A stretch of 64,000 bases of DNA from Hydrolagus affinis (GCA_012026655.1 JAAILG010000932.1:1-64000), one strand, 5' to 3'. Positions 39,514-54,310 are shown, counted from the first letter of the stretch. Notes: generated from the sequence alone by a model not told the origin. Program-made: numbers and translations.

Positions 39514-41129
39514 ATATCTCTTCGAGAAAGCTATTATACAAACACATCCTGAATCCAAAAGGCAATGAAACAACAGAATAGCTGTCTATCCCCACACCCG
39601 CTTTCCAAATCTACCCTTCTTTATTCTACAGTTAATATTCCTCAACCTCTACTGCAGCTCCAACAATTCAAAAATCATTCTGTTCTGTGGAACATTATTC
39701 ATTTCAGTGTGTACCTATCTCTTTGTCTTCCAGTACTGTTCTCGAGTTGATACCTGTTGGTAGTTAATCATCATAGCATCACTTATTTGTCAGACTCTGT
39801 TCCACTTGATCTAAGAAATCTAAGAAATCGGAAACGTGATGAAGTGTAAGCCCCAGTGATGCTTTCTCAACTCTCACTGAGGCGTAGAGTAGCCAAATGA
39901 CAATAAGACTTGTTCAGCATCTCCCCCACATGCGTCAGTAAATAAATCCCTACCTGTTGTGAGACAACTATGTTCCTTATTGTAGCTGCTACACATTATA
40001 TCAAATGTCAAGTTCATCTGCATTGTCTTCCTTTCTCTTCTGCTCAATGTTCTCTTTTGTTGCACCTTGCACCTTCTTCACTGAGGCATGAAAGGAATCC
40101 GTTCTCCTATCACTATGGCATGGCATTTCTTATAGTAAATTATAATCCCAAACAATATGTTTTTTTTACATCACTCATAGATACAAAAGATAAAATAGAC
40201 ACTTCTGGCAAAATGGATAGCGAGCAAATATTGGGCAGACCTATCACAGCTTGAACAAAAAGTTTGAATACTGGGCTCCATCTTCATGAACTTTACATGG
40301 ACAAAGGGGAGAGCTTCATTGTAAAATAGCAAGGACTCCAGTGACTTCAAATAGTTTCAGTAGATTTAAGACTTTCCCTTTTTCTTATTTCGAAGTCATG
40401 GTTCGGATTCAAATAAATGCACAGAACTAGAACACCAGCACACGTTTGTACGAACAGTATTGACTGCTTTTGCAAATCAGTCCATGTAAATAACACATCA
40501 TTTAATTAGTCTAGTGCAAGAGCAGTAAATTGTCACCAAAGTTATCGGAGGAGCTGCGGTCTGAGAACCAGACAAATTGTGTTCGTGATGGAACTGCTGT
40601 TCATCTGTCAGAGAAGCACACAAATAACATCTGTAAAAATGTCTCTGATTTAGTTACAAATACCATGCAAATGATGTAAACGTTATTGCAGAGACAAACA
40701 CATCCATAGATTCAAATTATTTCACTGCCTTGCATCTTAAAACACGACACAGAGGAATGGCATGGTAGAGTTACAGAACCCAAGGTTGTGAGTGATTTGG
40801 ATTTATACCAGTCGAGATAAGATCAGTAACAGAGGGTGTTGAATGGGACTAGTTACTGAGCCTGACAGTGGTATCTATCATATGACGATCACTAACACCA
40901 GTGATCGCCTCGGACAGTACTTATAATGGGAAATCACATTATAGACATGTAATGGAAAGTGTTAGTGATCAGCACATGTTCGACCTCAGTGTGAGGGAGC
41001 AGGATTAGCATCAGTAGTCATTAACACATGACGATGGCTGGCAGGAGTTACCAGCACCAACATTTCAAAGGACGTTAAAGCTGAGCCCGTGAATTGGATA
41101 AATACTTGAGGGAAAACAATATTAAAAGT

Positions 41130-41238
41130 GTTGGAAGAACAATCAGTAGAATGGGATTGGAACTGTACGGAAACTCGTACTAGTATAGACACGATGGGCT
41201 AAAACAGCTTCCTTCTGCGCTGGAAACATAGTATGATT
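41130..41238 (+). mobile_element. Degenerate CR1 3' UTR
   Basis: AGACACGATGGGC...CCTTCTGCGCTG...TATGATT. Confidence 0.55.
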
Positions 41239-42765
41239 CGAAAGGAGTAGTTTTACCATCAATAGAAATACAGGGGTCTGTGTTCATATTGCTGATCATT
41301 TCTTACACCCGTGAACTACGGGATTTACTGCTCTTCTTAAACAATGGCTATGCTTTGCGGCTGTGATATTGGTTCTGCATAACCGCAGAAGAGAACAAGA
41401 CATGATAACCCAGTTGTTAATTTTTATCTGAAAGGACGCATTCCTTAACTACTCTTGTTAAGGTATTGTTCAAAGAGTTGTTACAATGCAGCTTACTCTG
41501 AGGTCCACGCTCCCTGGTTTCTGCTCTTACCTCTTTTTAATTGGATTACTTGATGTCATCTTGTAAAACAGGTGAAATTCCTGAATCTGCAAGTCTCATC
41601 GCTGATTAATTTCCACACACCACCCCCCCACCCCCACGGCAGCAGAATTACACTGTATCCAGCGTATTACACTGTACCCAAATACATGGGAGGCCATAAT
41701 ACAGTATTTGGCAAACATGATACTTAATAAAAATATTGATTTCAATTTTCCTTCACATGGTAATTGACCATAATTAATCAACTGCAAAATGAGTTGTTAT
41801 TGTAAAGAGTGTAGATATACTTGCATATACTGTGTAAATTTACACATCTGTGACTATATTCCTATTAGCGACTGTTGAAATAGTTGTCAATAATCTTTGT
41901 TTCTTGGTGTGTTGCAAGGTTCTAAACAGACCGAGTGCAGCAGAGTGGGTTAACACACTGTCTTATTACCACTGGGCTGATGGTGTTAAAAGTTTCCTTC
42001 CTGCTGGAGAATGCAAAAATGAGCAGTCTCTGCACAAGACAAGATGCAATCATTCAGCATTAAATTGGGAAGTGCGGAAAGTGGAAACATTCACACTACA
42101 GTACTCTGATATTGCAATTATGACACATTTTTACATCAGTGCAAAAGGAAGTCTGCTCACCATCTGGCTATGAGATACCTTTCCTAGAAGTGCTGGGGGC
42201 ACAGGTAGAAGTGGATATTTATCCCAGGATACAGGAATTTTAGATTGGGACAGAGAAATAGAAATGAAATGGAGGTGAGAGTACAGTATTTATAAAAGAT
42301 ACGATGGAGGCAAGGGAAACAACAACAAATTACATTTATAGAGCGCCTTTCACGTCGGGAGGACGATATCATTATAAGTAAACTCAGGACGAGGAAACGG
42401 TGTAAAACAGTGGTGAGTATTATGTCGACACCCTGTCTGTAATGAATGTAAATGCAAACCACGTAAAATGAAAAACCTTAACTTACACAGAAAATGAGAG
42501 AGGAACTGCAGTAAAAAAAAATAGGGAACTGGCACATGGTCCATTTAATGTTTTTAATATAGCACCTTGTTACATCGGGAGGACGTCTCAAAGTGTTTCA
42601 CAGGAATTACTATAAAGTGTAGTGACTGTGTAATTAGAAGCGTAATATTGGGAAAAAGCAAACCCTACGTGAATTATTGAGAAATAGGGTATCACCAACT
42701 TGAATAGTGAATGGTTTCTTCTGCATAGTGTATCATAATGAGTAGCAAACCTGGGAATACTGTAC

Positions 42766-43075
42766 AATAACAATAATAATCCTTGCATTTGTTATAGCAC
42801 TTTTCCTGTCTTCTAGACGTCTCAAAACACTTCACAGAATATGCTGTAAAGTGAATTGACTGTATATTTGTGGGAGAAATGCGGCAGCCAATTGTGCAGA
42901 GCAGTGTCGCACAAACAGTCGTGGATTGAAATAACCAATTTATCTTTTTTTTTTACGGACTATTATCGGGCGTGTCAAGTAAGAAAACTTGCCCAAGGTT
43001 TCCGCCCTGCCTGGAAATGAACCCAGGTCTCTCGCTTGTACAGCAAGTCCTCTAACCACTGAGCTGCAGGATTCC
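42766..43075 (-). mobile_element. tRNA-derived SINE, full length
   Basis: Complete reverse-complement copy. Confidence 0.92.
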
Positions 43076-44029
43076 ACTGTAAGATAGTCAACAGAGTAAC
43101 CTCTATATATTAGAGGGGAATGGTATGCTGCAGGTTTGTCCAGAATAATCTGCAGCAGAAAGCATGTTTGTTTTTCAGCAACAAGATAAAAATGTTCATC
43201 TGTCCTGAAAGGGTTGAGATATATAGCAATTGGTGGCAATTTAATAGACAGGTTGCTATTAGACGCGGTGTTACACACTTTCTGACCTCTTTAATAGAAG
43301 GTTAGTGATGATGAATTGTTTAGCAAATATACCGACGGAGTTCAAACATTCACCAATGAATATTTAAATCAAAATGTCATATTAATCGCACCTGCTTTTA
43401 AATTGTTTAGCTCCTAAATATAAGAGGACAGTCCCTTCTCCCTGCAAACCAAAAAGGAGTATTTTCCTAATAAGAAGCATTTCATTGAAAATCGCTTTTG
43501 AAGGGAACAGCTGCCTTAAGGAAGTTCAGTGCAAGAAAATTGCTAACACCACCGTGCAGCTTTTTTTTTCGTAATCTCTGAGCCCTAATGTGCTGGCGTT
43601 AAGTATCCAATGTCATTTTAAAAACGATAAACAGGGAAGTGATAGTGTTAATTTTTATATATAATGAGATTGACAGAATCCAGCAAATGGAACTGAAAGT
43701 TTAAACACTGTTTATCACTGCTTGGGAAAGTGGATTAAAAATGATTGAGTAGAATCTGCCTAGCTACAATTAATTCTTATAATGTAATTAAAAAACTCAG
43801 TACTCTAGGAAATCAGCATTTAATGAACCATGACATTGCTTTTATTCTTCGTACAAGAACAGTTTATTAAACCAAGAACACCTCCGATCAAATATCCCTT
43901 ACAGGGCTGAAATAAAATGAAAAAGCCTTGCGGTATATGTGTGTAAAGGACTATAGTTCTCTGCTAAAAATGAAAAGCAAGAACTTCTATGAAATATTTT
44001 CAATGACCTCCTCACGCCCCATCCATCAG

Positions 44030-44760
44030 TCAGACCAGCTCATTATTCTAAGTAGGAAATTCTATTCTTCGACATTATGGCACCATCAGTTGCAATCTGC
44101 ATGCCAATTACTGGGACAGACCCCATGATACTAGAAATGGAAATGAGCTGTCAAGGAGGGCTTGGGCACCCAGGGCTGCTCTCTCACTCCGTCACGGAGG
44201 CGCTGACAGGGCCCACTGGAAAATTAATCTCAAAAATAAATGCGGCAACTTTTAGTGATTTTCAGCACATTTCTTAATCCACCAGAGGGCAGGTTCTGTA
44301 AAGTTTATGATAATTGCAAGGGAGAACAAGATCCACGATAACAAAAGGACATACTGTGTGATGAATGTTAGACTAAGGGCAAGTGGAAATGAAAGGCTGA
44401 GGTCTTGTGTTTTCCTGTGGCTTTTTTTTTCCACACTCGCTCTCTCTCTCTCTCTCCTCTCTCTTTTGGACCGAGTAAATGCCCACTCTCAATATTCACC
44501 CTCAAGAACTTTCACTCAGTTGTGTTGTGTGCATGATTGAGTGCAAGTGTTGTAAATACACATAATAAATTATTCCCAAGCACAATTATCCTTTATGGTG
44601 CTAATTAGTCTTCTTAGAAAGGCTGTCAACAATTGAAAACATTTCACATTGAGCATTTCTGCAAATCTACATGAAGGATTGTGCAATAAAAGAAGCGCAT
44701 AAAATAATCACCAATTCAAAGTCACAGAAGTGTTATTAATGTGGTTTTATTGGCGATACA
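44030..44760. promoter_or_regulatory. Candidate CNE cluster
   Basis: Unique sequence with TAATTA/CTAATTAG, TGTCA, ACAAT and TTTATGG (Hox/Cdx-type) motifs. Confidence 0.4.
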
Positions 44761-47700
44761 ACAGTACAATACTAGAATATAGAGTTGATCTTACTTTAAT
44801 GGTTTTCACTTGGAAATCTCAGTGAAGGACCATGCATGACCTATAGTACCAGACATAACTAAGGTTGGAAAGAGTTAGAGGAAATGAAATGAGTCAACAC
44901 TGACTGGAGATCATGGGAGGAATGGAAACTCAGTCAAGCAAGTTTCGCTTAGAAAGAAATGAATTAAGATTGGGCAGTTGTGTGATAAGTTTTAATTTCA
45001 ACACAGTGACCCAAGGAGGGGTGGAAATTGTAGGGAGGTACATCTGGAGTTCGGAAGAGACAAGAATATTTATTTTTTTTAAAAGCAGTTTTGGAATTTG
45101 AAAGTTCTGCTTTAATCTCAGCTAGGTCATTCATACATTGGATCTTTGGGAGACTAAAATATTTGGGCGTCGATCATGAAACTGATTCATCTACAAGTTC
45201 ATAGATTTGATCAAGTTATTGGACGATGGAGGTGGCAGAATATTGCGGCATGAGTCAAAAGAAGAGAAAACTGAAAGGATGAAGCAAGTATTTCCTTTGA
45301 ATGTGTCAGATCATCCTGTTAATTTCCCTCTCTTTCTGATCCCCCATCACTTCTTGCACTGTTCCCACTTCTGATCACAAACTCATGACCTCCTGCTGGA
45401 ATGTACGTGTGGGAATATTGGGTGAAGACAGGATCAGGTTTAAGCTACGTTGACTAAACTATCCTTACTCACTGCCTATCCTCACACAGATGCACTAAGA
45501 GTTGTCCATAGTAAAAACATTTTTCAAGAACAGTTGGGATTCTCCTTAATTCATGTCAATGTGAGAGACGACACCAATCCTGTTCTGTGTGAAGGTGTTA
45601 TAAATCATACACTGTATCACGATGATAATGAGCATAAAACAATCACACAGAAATTACATTTTTTGTAGTATTCAATATTTTATTGAGTCTTTAATTGCAC
45701 AAATTAGTCATCACCCCTTCTCAGCTAATGATAGGGTTGAAGAGCTGTTGGAAGGGAAATCTTACTGAGATGATAGGGGCATTACATTTTTGGGGATGCC
45801 GTCTCAAGCACAACCTGAAAAGTTGATGCTAGTCATCATTTATACTCTATCCCGTTTACAACATCCTTAGGGACTCAAAGAAGCTCTTACTGTACAACTG
45901 ACTGCTTTGTAACTACTGTAGTACATTTTTCTCTGCTCTCCTGAAGGTATTGATTCACGCCACAGGTACAGTTTCATCCACCATCCAGGCTTTCCTACAG
46001 ATGGGGTAATAAAAGATTTGTAGCTGGGAATGGCTCGGTATTATTACAAGGATTGGATGGCACCAAACTGATTGTCCAACTCCTCACCCATACTCCCAAC
46101 GGAATATGTTATGGCTCAATAATCCAATCCTAACAAACTATTTAATCTCTTCATCGTTCACTGTGTAAAACTGTAAAGTCTCTTAGATCTTTTCAGTTTC
46201 CAGCACCATGTAAACAGGAAGACACATTATAAACATGGCGTGTGATGGGTATTGGTGTGACACATGGCAGGTCAGTAGAAACAAGAGGGAAGTGTAACTC
46301 ATGAGCAAATGTGGATCTCTCAAATTACAGTCAGATGATAGATTGCTGCCCACAAACTACCCCTCTCTATTGTGCATGTTTTATTCAGTCACAATTCAAT
46401 AGCTTGTCTGCATATCCATAGTGGGGCTCTGGATTCATTACTGGTGGTGCAGAGGGGGGGAGGGGTCTGCTTCTATCTTTCGCGTCTTTATGACCAAATA
46501 CAATCCATCACGCAGAAAGAAAATAATGCACACAGTCTAAATGATAGCTAAAGATGAAGTGATGTAATTTAAAATGTAATAAATGAAAGTTACAATTAGA
46601 CTGGAAGACATTCTGGTATCGTCTAATAAGCACACAGCAATATTAATCAATATGATTTATGCTGTAAGTGTTGAGACAGAGAGAGAGAGAGACTAGGTGC
46701 TGCAGTTTCTTTTGTCATATTTGCATGTGATTAAAAAATGTATTGTCGAATGATTGCATCATTCTAATACAGTGACTGTATTACACATGCTGCATATTGT
46801 TAGAGATGTACTTGGACAAAATGGAAACTGTGCAGAGAACCTTATCCAGCTAGAAGTATCCTGCAGACTTCAGAGCAACACTAAGCCTCCAAGTCTCATT
46901 GATCAACCAAACTATTTGCAATGCTTTGGACTGTTGCTCACCGGCCTGTCTTTACCTTAAATGTTTTCACGAAGCCAGGTCAGAACTAAAGTATCTTCAA
47001 TGATACTTTTTTGGGGCATTATAGCTTAGCGACCTCAGTAGGATGAAAGATGAGTAGACTCATTGAGCTTTTAAACAAGAATATCTTATTTTCCAAGTCA
47101 ACTGAATGACTCAAGTTTTTATAAATGTTAGTACACCAATAACAACAATTGGTACTTATATAGCATCTTTCATATCTCAAAGCAGCTTACAGAGAACGCA
47201 CGGGAGCTCCAGCTGGAAGGGGGATAGGATGCAATGAAACAAAATTCAATTCTTGTACATTGTGTAAGCAGATCTGATCTAAGTCAGAGATCGGACTTAA
47301 GATGGATTTCAAAAACAGAGAGGGAAGGAGATGAGACAGAGAGAAAATAAATTAGCAGGATGATCTGACACATTCAACAACAACAAAATTACATTCGTCA
47401 GGCGCCTTTCACACCAGGAGGATGTCCCAAGGAAATATTTCAAAGGAAATACTTCCACCTCTGCCATCCATTAATTTGACCAAATCTATGAATTTGTGTA
47501 TAAATCTGGGCCGTGAGCATCGCCAAACATCCCGGCTGAGGCAAATCATGCCATCACACAACTTTCCAATAGGATTCATCTTTTCCCCCTGTCTAACCCA
47601 TGAGCGATAGGGTCACTTTTAGTGTCCTTTACTTTATTATACGGACAATACGTCAAACCTATGCCTCAGTTCCAATAATAAGCTTCAATCTAAACAGGAC

Positions 47701-48999
47701 ATTTTCATTATAATTAAAGCAGAGATTACAGTCTTTGCACAATGGGTGGGGGCATGGAATAACAAAGCTTTCATGCAGCACAAATTGCGGCATTTATTCT
47801 TCCCGGAACTAAACGTTCCTAGTCTTGAATGTCCTTGTAACCTTCAAAGAAGGCAAAAGAATTCAAAGCCACCGAGTATACAATGTACTGCGCAGCCTTT
47901 TTTTTTAAAAACATGCGCATACACAATATCCCTCACATTAGCTGTGACTGCTTCATGTACATTTATTCTGCTGAATATTATTCATTTCAATTAGGGAAAT
48001 GTAAGGCCAAAATAATATTCGAAGATTAGATTTCGGCAGCAACAGCAACCCAACGAATGCAAATAGTTTACAGCCATTTGGCAATGACCACATTTCCTGA
48101 GAAAGCTTCAATAAAGTAAATCAAATTCCCAATCAGTGTCATGTCCACTAACTACACTCCATCAAACGGCAATGAAACACAATTTGAATCTTGTACCTCG
48201 TAAGCAGATCTGATTCGATTCACCCAACACTGGGGTTATTAAACATAAATGAGATCAGTCGTGACACACTATGGTCAGAAGTATTGTTGCTTGTTCATTA
48301 CTTTAATACGCTGGTGACACCTGAAGATCCTTTCTTTGTTAACATTGTCTTATATACTCTTTTTCTCCCACACATCCCACTCTCATTTCTAAGCTCTTAG
48401 TCATACACGTGCTGGCTCTCTCTGCGAGATGCAGTAACTCTCATTATCAGGCTCTCAGTCTCTGCCTCAGTACGCAACGCACCTCATTAGCAGGCTCTCA
48501 ATCATTTTCCTCTTTCTCTCACACACTTTGTGTGCTGTTTAAACTGATAACTCGAGCATGTTCAGCGGAGAGAGCTGCTAGCATGTTAACAGAAAATAAA
48601 AACTAAGAAAAAAAAGGAGATAAATACCTTCAGTACCACATAGAATTTGGGATCTATTAATGATTTTTTTAACTTAAAGTATCTTAAACACCTCACTCCA
48701 ACTCTAGAGATTTGTGTATTGAATTCTCCATAGGTCCATTCATTTCTGTCAATTGTGAGATAATAGGGGCAATTTCCAGTTCAAGGTCTGTTATTGGTTG
48801 CAGAGTTTATTAATAGTCCATTCTCATTCCTTTCAATGTCATTCTGCTCTTCATTTAACCCGTTATTTAACTTTACCATCCTTTATACGCCAATATCTCA
48901 AATCCAATCTCCGGATGTCCTACTTTACTAATCTTTGAGCCGTCTCATTATTGTGGACAATAAATTGTGTGTTACTTGAATTCAAGTTGTATGTTTGTA

Positions 49000-49165
49000 T
49001 TTCAATCCACGACTGCTTGTGGGACACTGCTGTGTGCAATTGGCAGCCACGTTTCACCCACAAATATACAGTCAATTCACTTTACAGTATATTATGTGAA
49101 GCACTTTGAGACATTGATAGCTGTGAAAAGCGCTATATCAAATGCAAGGATTCTTATTAAAATTA
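49000..49165 (+). mobile_element. SINE 3' half
   Basis: TTTCAATCCACGACTG...GCAAGGATT body and tail. Confidence 0.85.
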
Positions 49166-49369
49166 TATTTATCAACTCAGAGATGATATTACAGTAATAA
49201 AGCTAATCTGATCATTCTAGAGATTCCTTTACTACTCTAATAACTGATAATTTAATAACTGATAACATTAATAAATGGAGAAAGTTTGATAGGCTAGTTT
49301 TCTTGTTTTAAGTGGCCTGTTCCATGTTCCTATTTAATAACGTTCTTACCTGAACCAAACTCCACTCCT

Positions 49370-49785
49370 CGATTATCCTTGCTGCCTGTCCCGGAGAGGA
49401 TCGATTTCAAGATCCTCACTCTTGTTTTCACATCCCTCCACTCCTCTGCACCCCCTACCTCTCTGGCCTCTTCTCTCCTCAAAACAGCACTCGCTGCCTT
49501 CACTCCACCAGGTCTGGCATCCTCCTTGTCCCCTGAATCCTCCGCTCCACCATCGGTGGCCGTGCCTTCAGCCACTACACCCCGAGGCTCTGGAACTCCC
49601 TTCCTCATTCCGTTCGCCTCTCCTCTCTTCCTAGTTTCAGAACTCAGCTAAAGAGTTTCAACCTCGCATTCTGTCATCTTCTTCCCCCTCCCCCTGGCTC
49701 GGCCCCAGGATCCATTATTGGGGAGCGCTCTGAGACGCCGTCCAGCGTGGAGGGCACTGTATAAATCCAAGTTGTTGTTGTTGTT
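49370..49785 (+). mobile_element. L2 LINE 3' end
   Basis: LPVPERIDFKILTLVF, 3' UTR stem-loop GACGCCGTCCAGCGT and (GTT)n tail. Confidence 0.9.
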
Positions 49786-49787
49786 AC

Positions 49788-50010
49788 TAATAATAACCCT
49801 TGCATTTGATATAACGCTTTTCACGTCTTCTAGACACCTCAAAGCGCTTCACAGAATATACTGTAAAGTGAATAAACTGTATATTTGTGGGCTAAATGTG
49901 GCAGCCAATGGCACACAGCAGTGTCCCACAAACAGTGGTGGATTGAAAAATGGCCAATTTATTATTGTTTTTTTGAGGGATTATTATTAGGCGTGTGGAG
50001 TAAGGAAGCT
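49788..50010 (-). mobile_element. 5'-truncated SINE, tail-to-tail with an L2 end
   Basis: Reverse-complement body and tail abutting the (GTT)n of L2. Confidence 0.88.
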
Positions 50011-50844
50011 TTTTAGCAGCATTGTCAGCCAATATTTAATTGCATTTGCTGCGAGTTTGCTAATTTTCAAAACCCAAATAAAAATAGAAAAAGCACATTG
50101 AGAATATTCACACTGAATCTGATACGTAATCTGCTGTCCCCGAATGTTGTAAACAGCAGCTCGGAGTCAGTGAGAAATTCCACCTTAGAGTGTCCACAAT
50201 ATGACAAATTCTTAAATATAAACTTGATTTTGAAGGTCGTGTTTCCGTAAGATCTTTTAAGAACTATACCAAACAAAACAGCTTCAAAGTTAAGACTGAA
50301 TTCTGCAACATAAAGAGAGTAAATGTAAACTGAGGTGGAATTTATTTTAGTCTTTAGGGCATGGAATTCCAGATGCTGGGCAATTAAGACATCTTTTGAT
50401 ATAGTGGCAGCAATTTTTTTTTAATGTCAATATGTGGCTGTCCAAAACCTACAAATCCACCAAGTACAGTTTGAAAATGCAAAATAGTTATAACTAGTCA
50501 ATAAATAGGTAACAAAGAATTGCCTCAATTACCATTTTACATTTATATTAAACATTGTCCTTTATCTCTGAGCAGAAAATGTACAGAACCGGCTATCAGA
50601 GAAGACTGGAGTCATCATAGACTTGTTGGCAATCTAAGGATTAATCATGGTTGGGTTTTCAATTAATTGCAACAATCAGAAAAGCAATTCTCAGAACTCA
50701 AGCCCTGATCTCACCTCTTGACCTTTTCCTCTCCTGCCCTTGTTCAGTATTATGGCAACCCTCAGTATTCACTTGGCAAAAGCAGACAACCTTTTGTGGT
50801 GCAAAACTGAGGTGTAAACCCTCCAATGCCTGACAGAGCCAACA

Positions 50845-51500
50845 AATCTATATGCTCCCTCTAGGTGATGTCATCTGCAGACATAGACGTTCCACATGTA
50901 TGCAGATGACACCCAACTCTATTTCTCCACCTTACTTTGAAACCCCCAGTCCCCTCGTGTACTATCAGCCTGGCTGTCAGGAGTTGGATGAGCGCAAATT
51001 TCCTGCAGATGAATGTTGACAAGACGGAAGCCATATTCTTTGGTTCTCGTCATCGTCTTCAGTCACACGGCTCCCATTTACTCCACCTACCCGACCCGCC
51101 CCTAAAACTCTCCAAACTCGTACGCAACCTTGGCGTCAGGTTCGACCCCCAACTGTCCTTCCTCCCCCACATCCGGTCCCTCACTAGCACTGCTTTTTGC
51201 TACCTGCAACATATTGCCCGTCTCCGACAATACCTCACCCCAAAAGCCGCTGAAACTCTAGTCCATGCCTTTGTCACCTCTCAGCTGGACTACGCAAAGG
51301 CACTCCTCTCTGGTCTCCCCTTCACCACAATCCATAAAATCCAGCTCATTCAGTTCTCACCCACACCAAACTTTGCTCCCCCATTACCCCAGTCCTTGCC
51401 AGACTTCACTGTCCGGAAGGGGATCAATTTCAAGATCCTCACTCTTGTTTTTAAATCTCTCCACACCTCTGCACTATCTAAATCGAAGTTGTTGTTGTTG
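50845..51500 (+). mobile_element. L2-clade LINE fragment (RT C-terminal part, internal deletion, tail)
   Basis: YMLPLGDVI..FHMYADDTQLY, WMSANFLQMNVDKTE, VRNLGVRFD, LVHAFVTSQLDY, FKILTLVFK; (GTT)n tail. Confidence 0.93.
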
Positions 51501-51939
51501 AATGCATCAACATTCCAGGCATATAGGATCTGAACGGTATATGAAGGGATCCCACACACCACAGTGCAGCACACAGGTAAAACCCTCTGTAAAATTTGCT
51601 CGACACAGAGACAGCTTCCTCCCTGCTGTCAATTTGAGTTAGGCCTCTCAGTGGATCCAAGCACTCCAACTAGGGAGTAATGGACTGAATATAGTGGCCT
51701 TATTCAATATAAATTCACTGTGAATAATACAGAGCTATGAAGTGGATAGGGTTGATTTATTATTTAGCAAAGTAGCACTCAGCCACAACTTTGCCAAGCT
51801 GTTTTAGTCTATGCTTAGCTTTGGACAGTAAACAGAGAGAAGTTTAAAGGATTTTGTTTAAAAAAATATTTTTGTAAATGACTGTTCAGAAGATGGGAAC
51901 TGGCTTGCATATACACATGATTTTTTTTAAATGTTTTTA

Positions 51940-52100
51940 GAAATTGGTCACTCTATCCATGACTGTGAGGCACTGCTGTGCGCAATTCATTGCTGTATTT
52001 CACCCACAAAATATAGTCAATTCACATTTACAGTGCATTCTGTGAAGCGCTTTGAGACGTCTCGAGGCACTATATTAAATGCAAGGATTATTATTATTAT
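51940..52100 (+). mobile_element. SINE 3' half
   Basis: AAATTGGTCA...GCAAGGATTATTATT. Confidence 0.85.
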
Positions 52101-52594
52101 CAACAACATCAGTGAAAGAGGCTAAACGGGAGTGACTGACAGATCAGGGACAAAAAAAACATCTTTGCACCATGGTGTTCAAAGAGTTAATGTTATACAT
52201 TTTGCATTAAATGACATTCAGTGTTAAAGCGCTGTTTGACCTCTCTGCTGTTTTATCTGGTTGATACATGGCCCCCTCGCTGTGAGCTATTCAAAGTCTG
52301 ATTTCCCCTAAAGAATAGTTTGTTTTCTTCCATCCATCTCCCTGCTTTCACTGGCTGGCTGCTGATAGTGTCATGTAATGTCATTCTGAAAGATGGCACC
52401 AGAGCCTGCATGTCATATATCATTAGATTACATCTTTTCAGAATCTTGCCTTCCGATTGGGGCAGCATTATAGTGTTCCTGATTACTTCTGGATGCCATT
52501 TGCTGTCTGGCCTTGTTGTGTTTCTCAGTTCTCTAAGTCAGCCTAGATATAAATCTGCATCTTACTTACATAAACGGAGCATAATAGACAACCA

Positions 52595-52770
52595 AGTGTG
52601 AGTTACAGGCTGGGATCTAATTGAGGCTTTAGATGGTTTACAAACACACAATAATGTACACCCGGGAATGAGTTACAGGGTAGAATCTAATCAAGAGGAT
52701 TCAGATGGTTTAATAGAATAATAGAAATGAATAATAGAATAATGGATACCCAGGATGGAGTTACAGGTTT
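52595..52770 (+). repeat. Diverged ~70-90-bp tandem repeat (GAGTTACAGGnTGGAATCTAAT...GATGGTTTA...ACCC)
   Basis: GAGTTACAGG occurs three times; related motifs lie in the 3116/5411 repeats and at ~3270. Confidence 0.7.
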
Positions 52771-52929
52771 AGTATTGTGGAATCAAGAATACAAGCAATT
52801 TGCTTTCATCCAAGTCTATCCATCCGGAATCCAACAGTCCCACCTGACTCTGCTCACGGTGACAGTCAACAAAGGCTGAATATCAAGGAAAGTTAAGACC
52901 TGCTTTACATAAGATAACCTGGGGTTTCT

Positions 52930-53345
52930 CCAGCTCAATGGGAAGTGTGTTGGCTGCTGTGGTACTGAGCATTTCAGGCCATAAAAGTCTCAGGTTCAAT
53001 CCTTGATCAGTGCTGATTTATTTGATCTCAGTCAAGTGACAGTAAGGGTATTGTAATTGCTTTCATTGCCCCTGGGCTACAAAGGAGAAAACAACCTCAC
53101 TGTTCAGGCATTCAGTCATTTCTCTTGCTAAGTGCAAGTGTGGACAACACGAAGCTTGGCTGTGACAACCCTGTTCTTTCCCCCTCCATTACCTCCCCCT
53201 CACCAGCCCCACCACCTCCACCACCACCACTAGCTGGCACTCAATAGCCTGGCTCACAATTAAACAGCAGCCACTTAACTGAAGCGCAGGAGAGTACAGG
53301 CACACGTAGAACCTGATCCTGACATGATTCAGTAACTAGAGGAGA
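52930..53345 (+). mobile_element. Ancient tRNA-like SINE relic; related copies at ~5720, 11570, 13670, 28170(-), 35780, 45390, 55140 and 60990
   Basis: Recurring motifs GTACTGAGC, CAGGTTCAATCC..TGTGCTGA.TTA, GCTTGGCTGTGA and GGCTCACA shared among diverged copies. Confidence 0.55.
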
Positions 53346-54069
53346 GTTAAGGCAAAGGAAATGTCAGTTCTTACACATAAACAGATACGCTTTTCAACTG
53401 CAAACACGAGTATTCCCTGGGGACATTTGAGTCCAGCTTTTTGAGTAATACTCTACAATTGGATCAAAATGCTGAGAACAGTTTGCAAGGTGCAAAGCAT
53501 TTTATGGTTCAAGTATTTTTCAGGTTTGTGCCACATTGGAGTCCCACAGCGCTTTCAATACAGAACAAATTAAAAAGCCTGTGTGTGTGTGTGTGTAACC
53601 AGCAACAAACACCCGTAAAGGTAACAACATTGAAATTCCTTTACAGTTTGTTGTACAAATTAAGAAATAAAAAGCTACTGACTGCCTGCTAGAAACTCAA
53701 CTGCAGATATTAAGTCTGGTAGGGATATGGCAGCTCTCAGCTATCGGAAGCAGAAGATTATGGTCCAGTAAATATGCAGAATACATTTCAAGTAGACAGG
53801 AAATTTAAATTGTATTTTTATCACTGAATCAGTACATGCTTCCTACAGAGATTGTAGATGACTTAATCCTCAGACCACGGAAAGAATGTTCACCATTTTA
53901 ATAAATATGTTGATATCCAACACAGAACAACTTTTTAAAAAAAATATGGTCAGTTCCTCGTACGTGCAAATCAAATTATTCCAAAGTAAATATAAAGCTC
54001 TTGATCAAATTTACTTTCAGCAGGAATTTCTATTTCACTCTTGCTACAATCATCTTTAAGAAACATGCA

Positions 54070-54310
54070 GTGAAGGGTAATGCTTAGGGATATTGTGAAT
54101 ACTGTCCTGTCTAGTGGACCTGGGTTCTAAATCCTGCCCCGACTGATAGATTGAAAGACTCCTCCATCTCTGGGCTGCCCCTATACCAGACATGAATTGG
54201 AATCAACAGGGCAATCTCAACCCAATTCTTAGAGTGGATGAGTCCGTAAGACGAGGCTTGCCATAATCCGCCATTAATTGGAAAAAAAAATTGGCAATTT
54301 CTCTCAACGA
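54070..54310 (+). mobile_element. LF-SINE-like relic; related fragments at ~17760-17960, 18810-19105 and 26010-26280
   Basis: GACCTGGGTTCTAAATCCTGCCCCGACTGAT..GAAAG, TCTCAACCCAATTCTTAG and AATTGGCA motifs resemble the recalled LF-SINE organisation. Confidence 0.45.

Noticed and set aside
50937-51533. 198-aa ORF as a host gene
   Set aside because: L2 reverse-transcriptase fragment.
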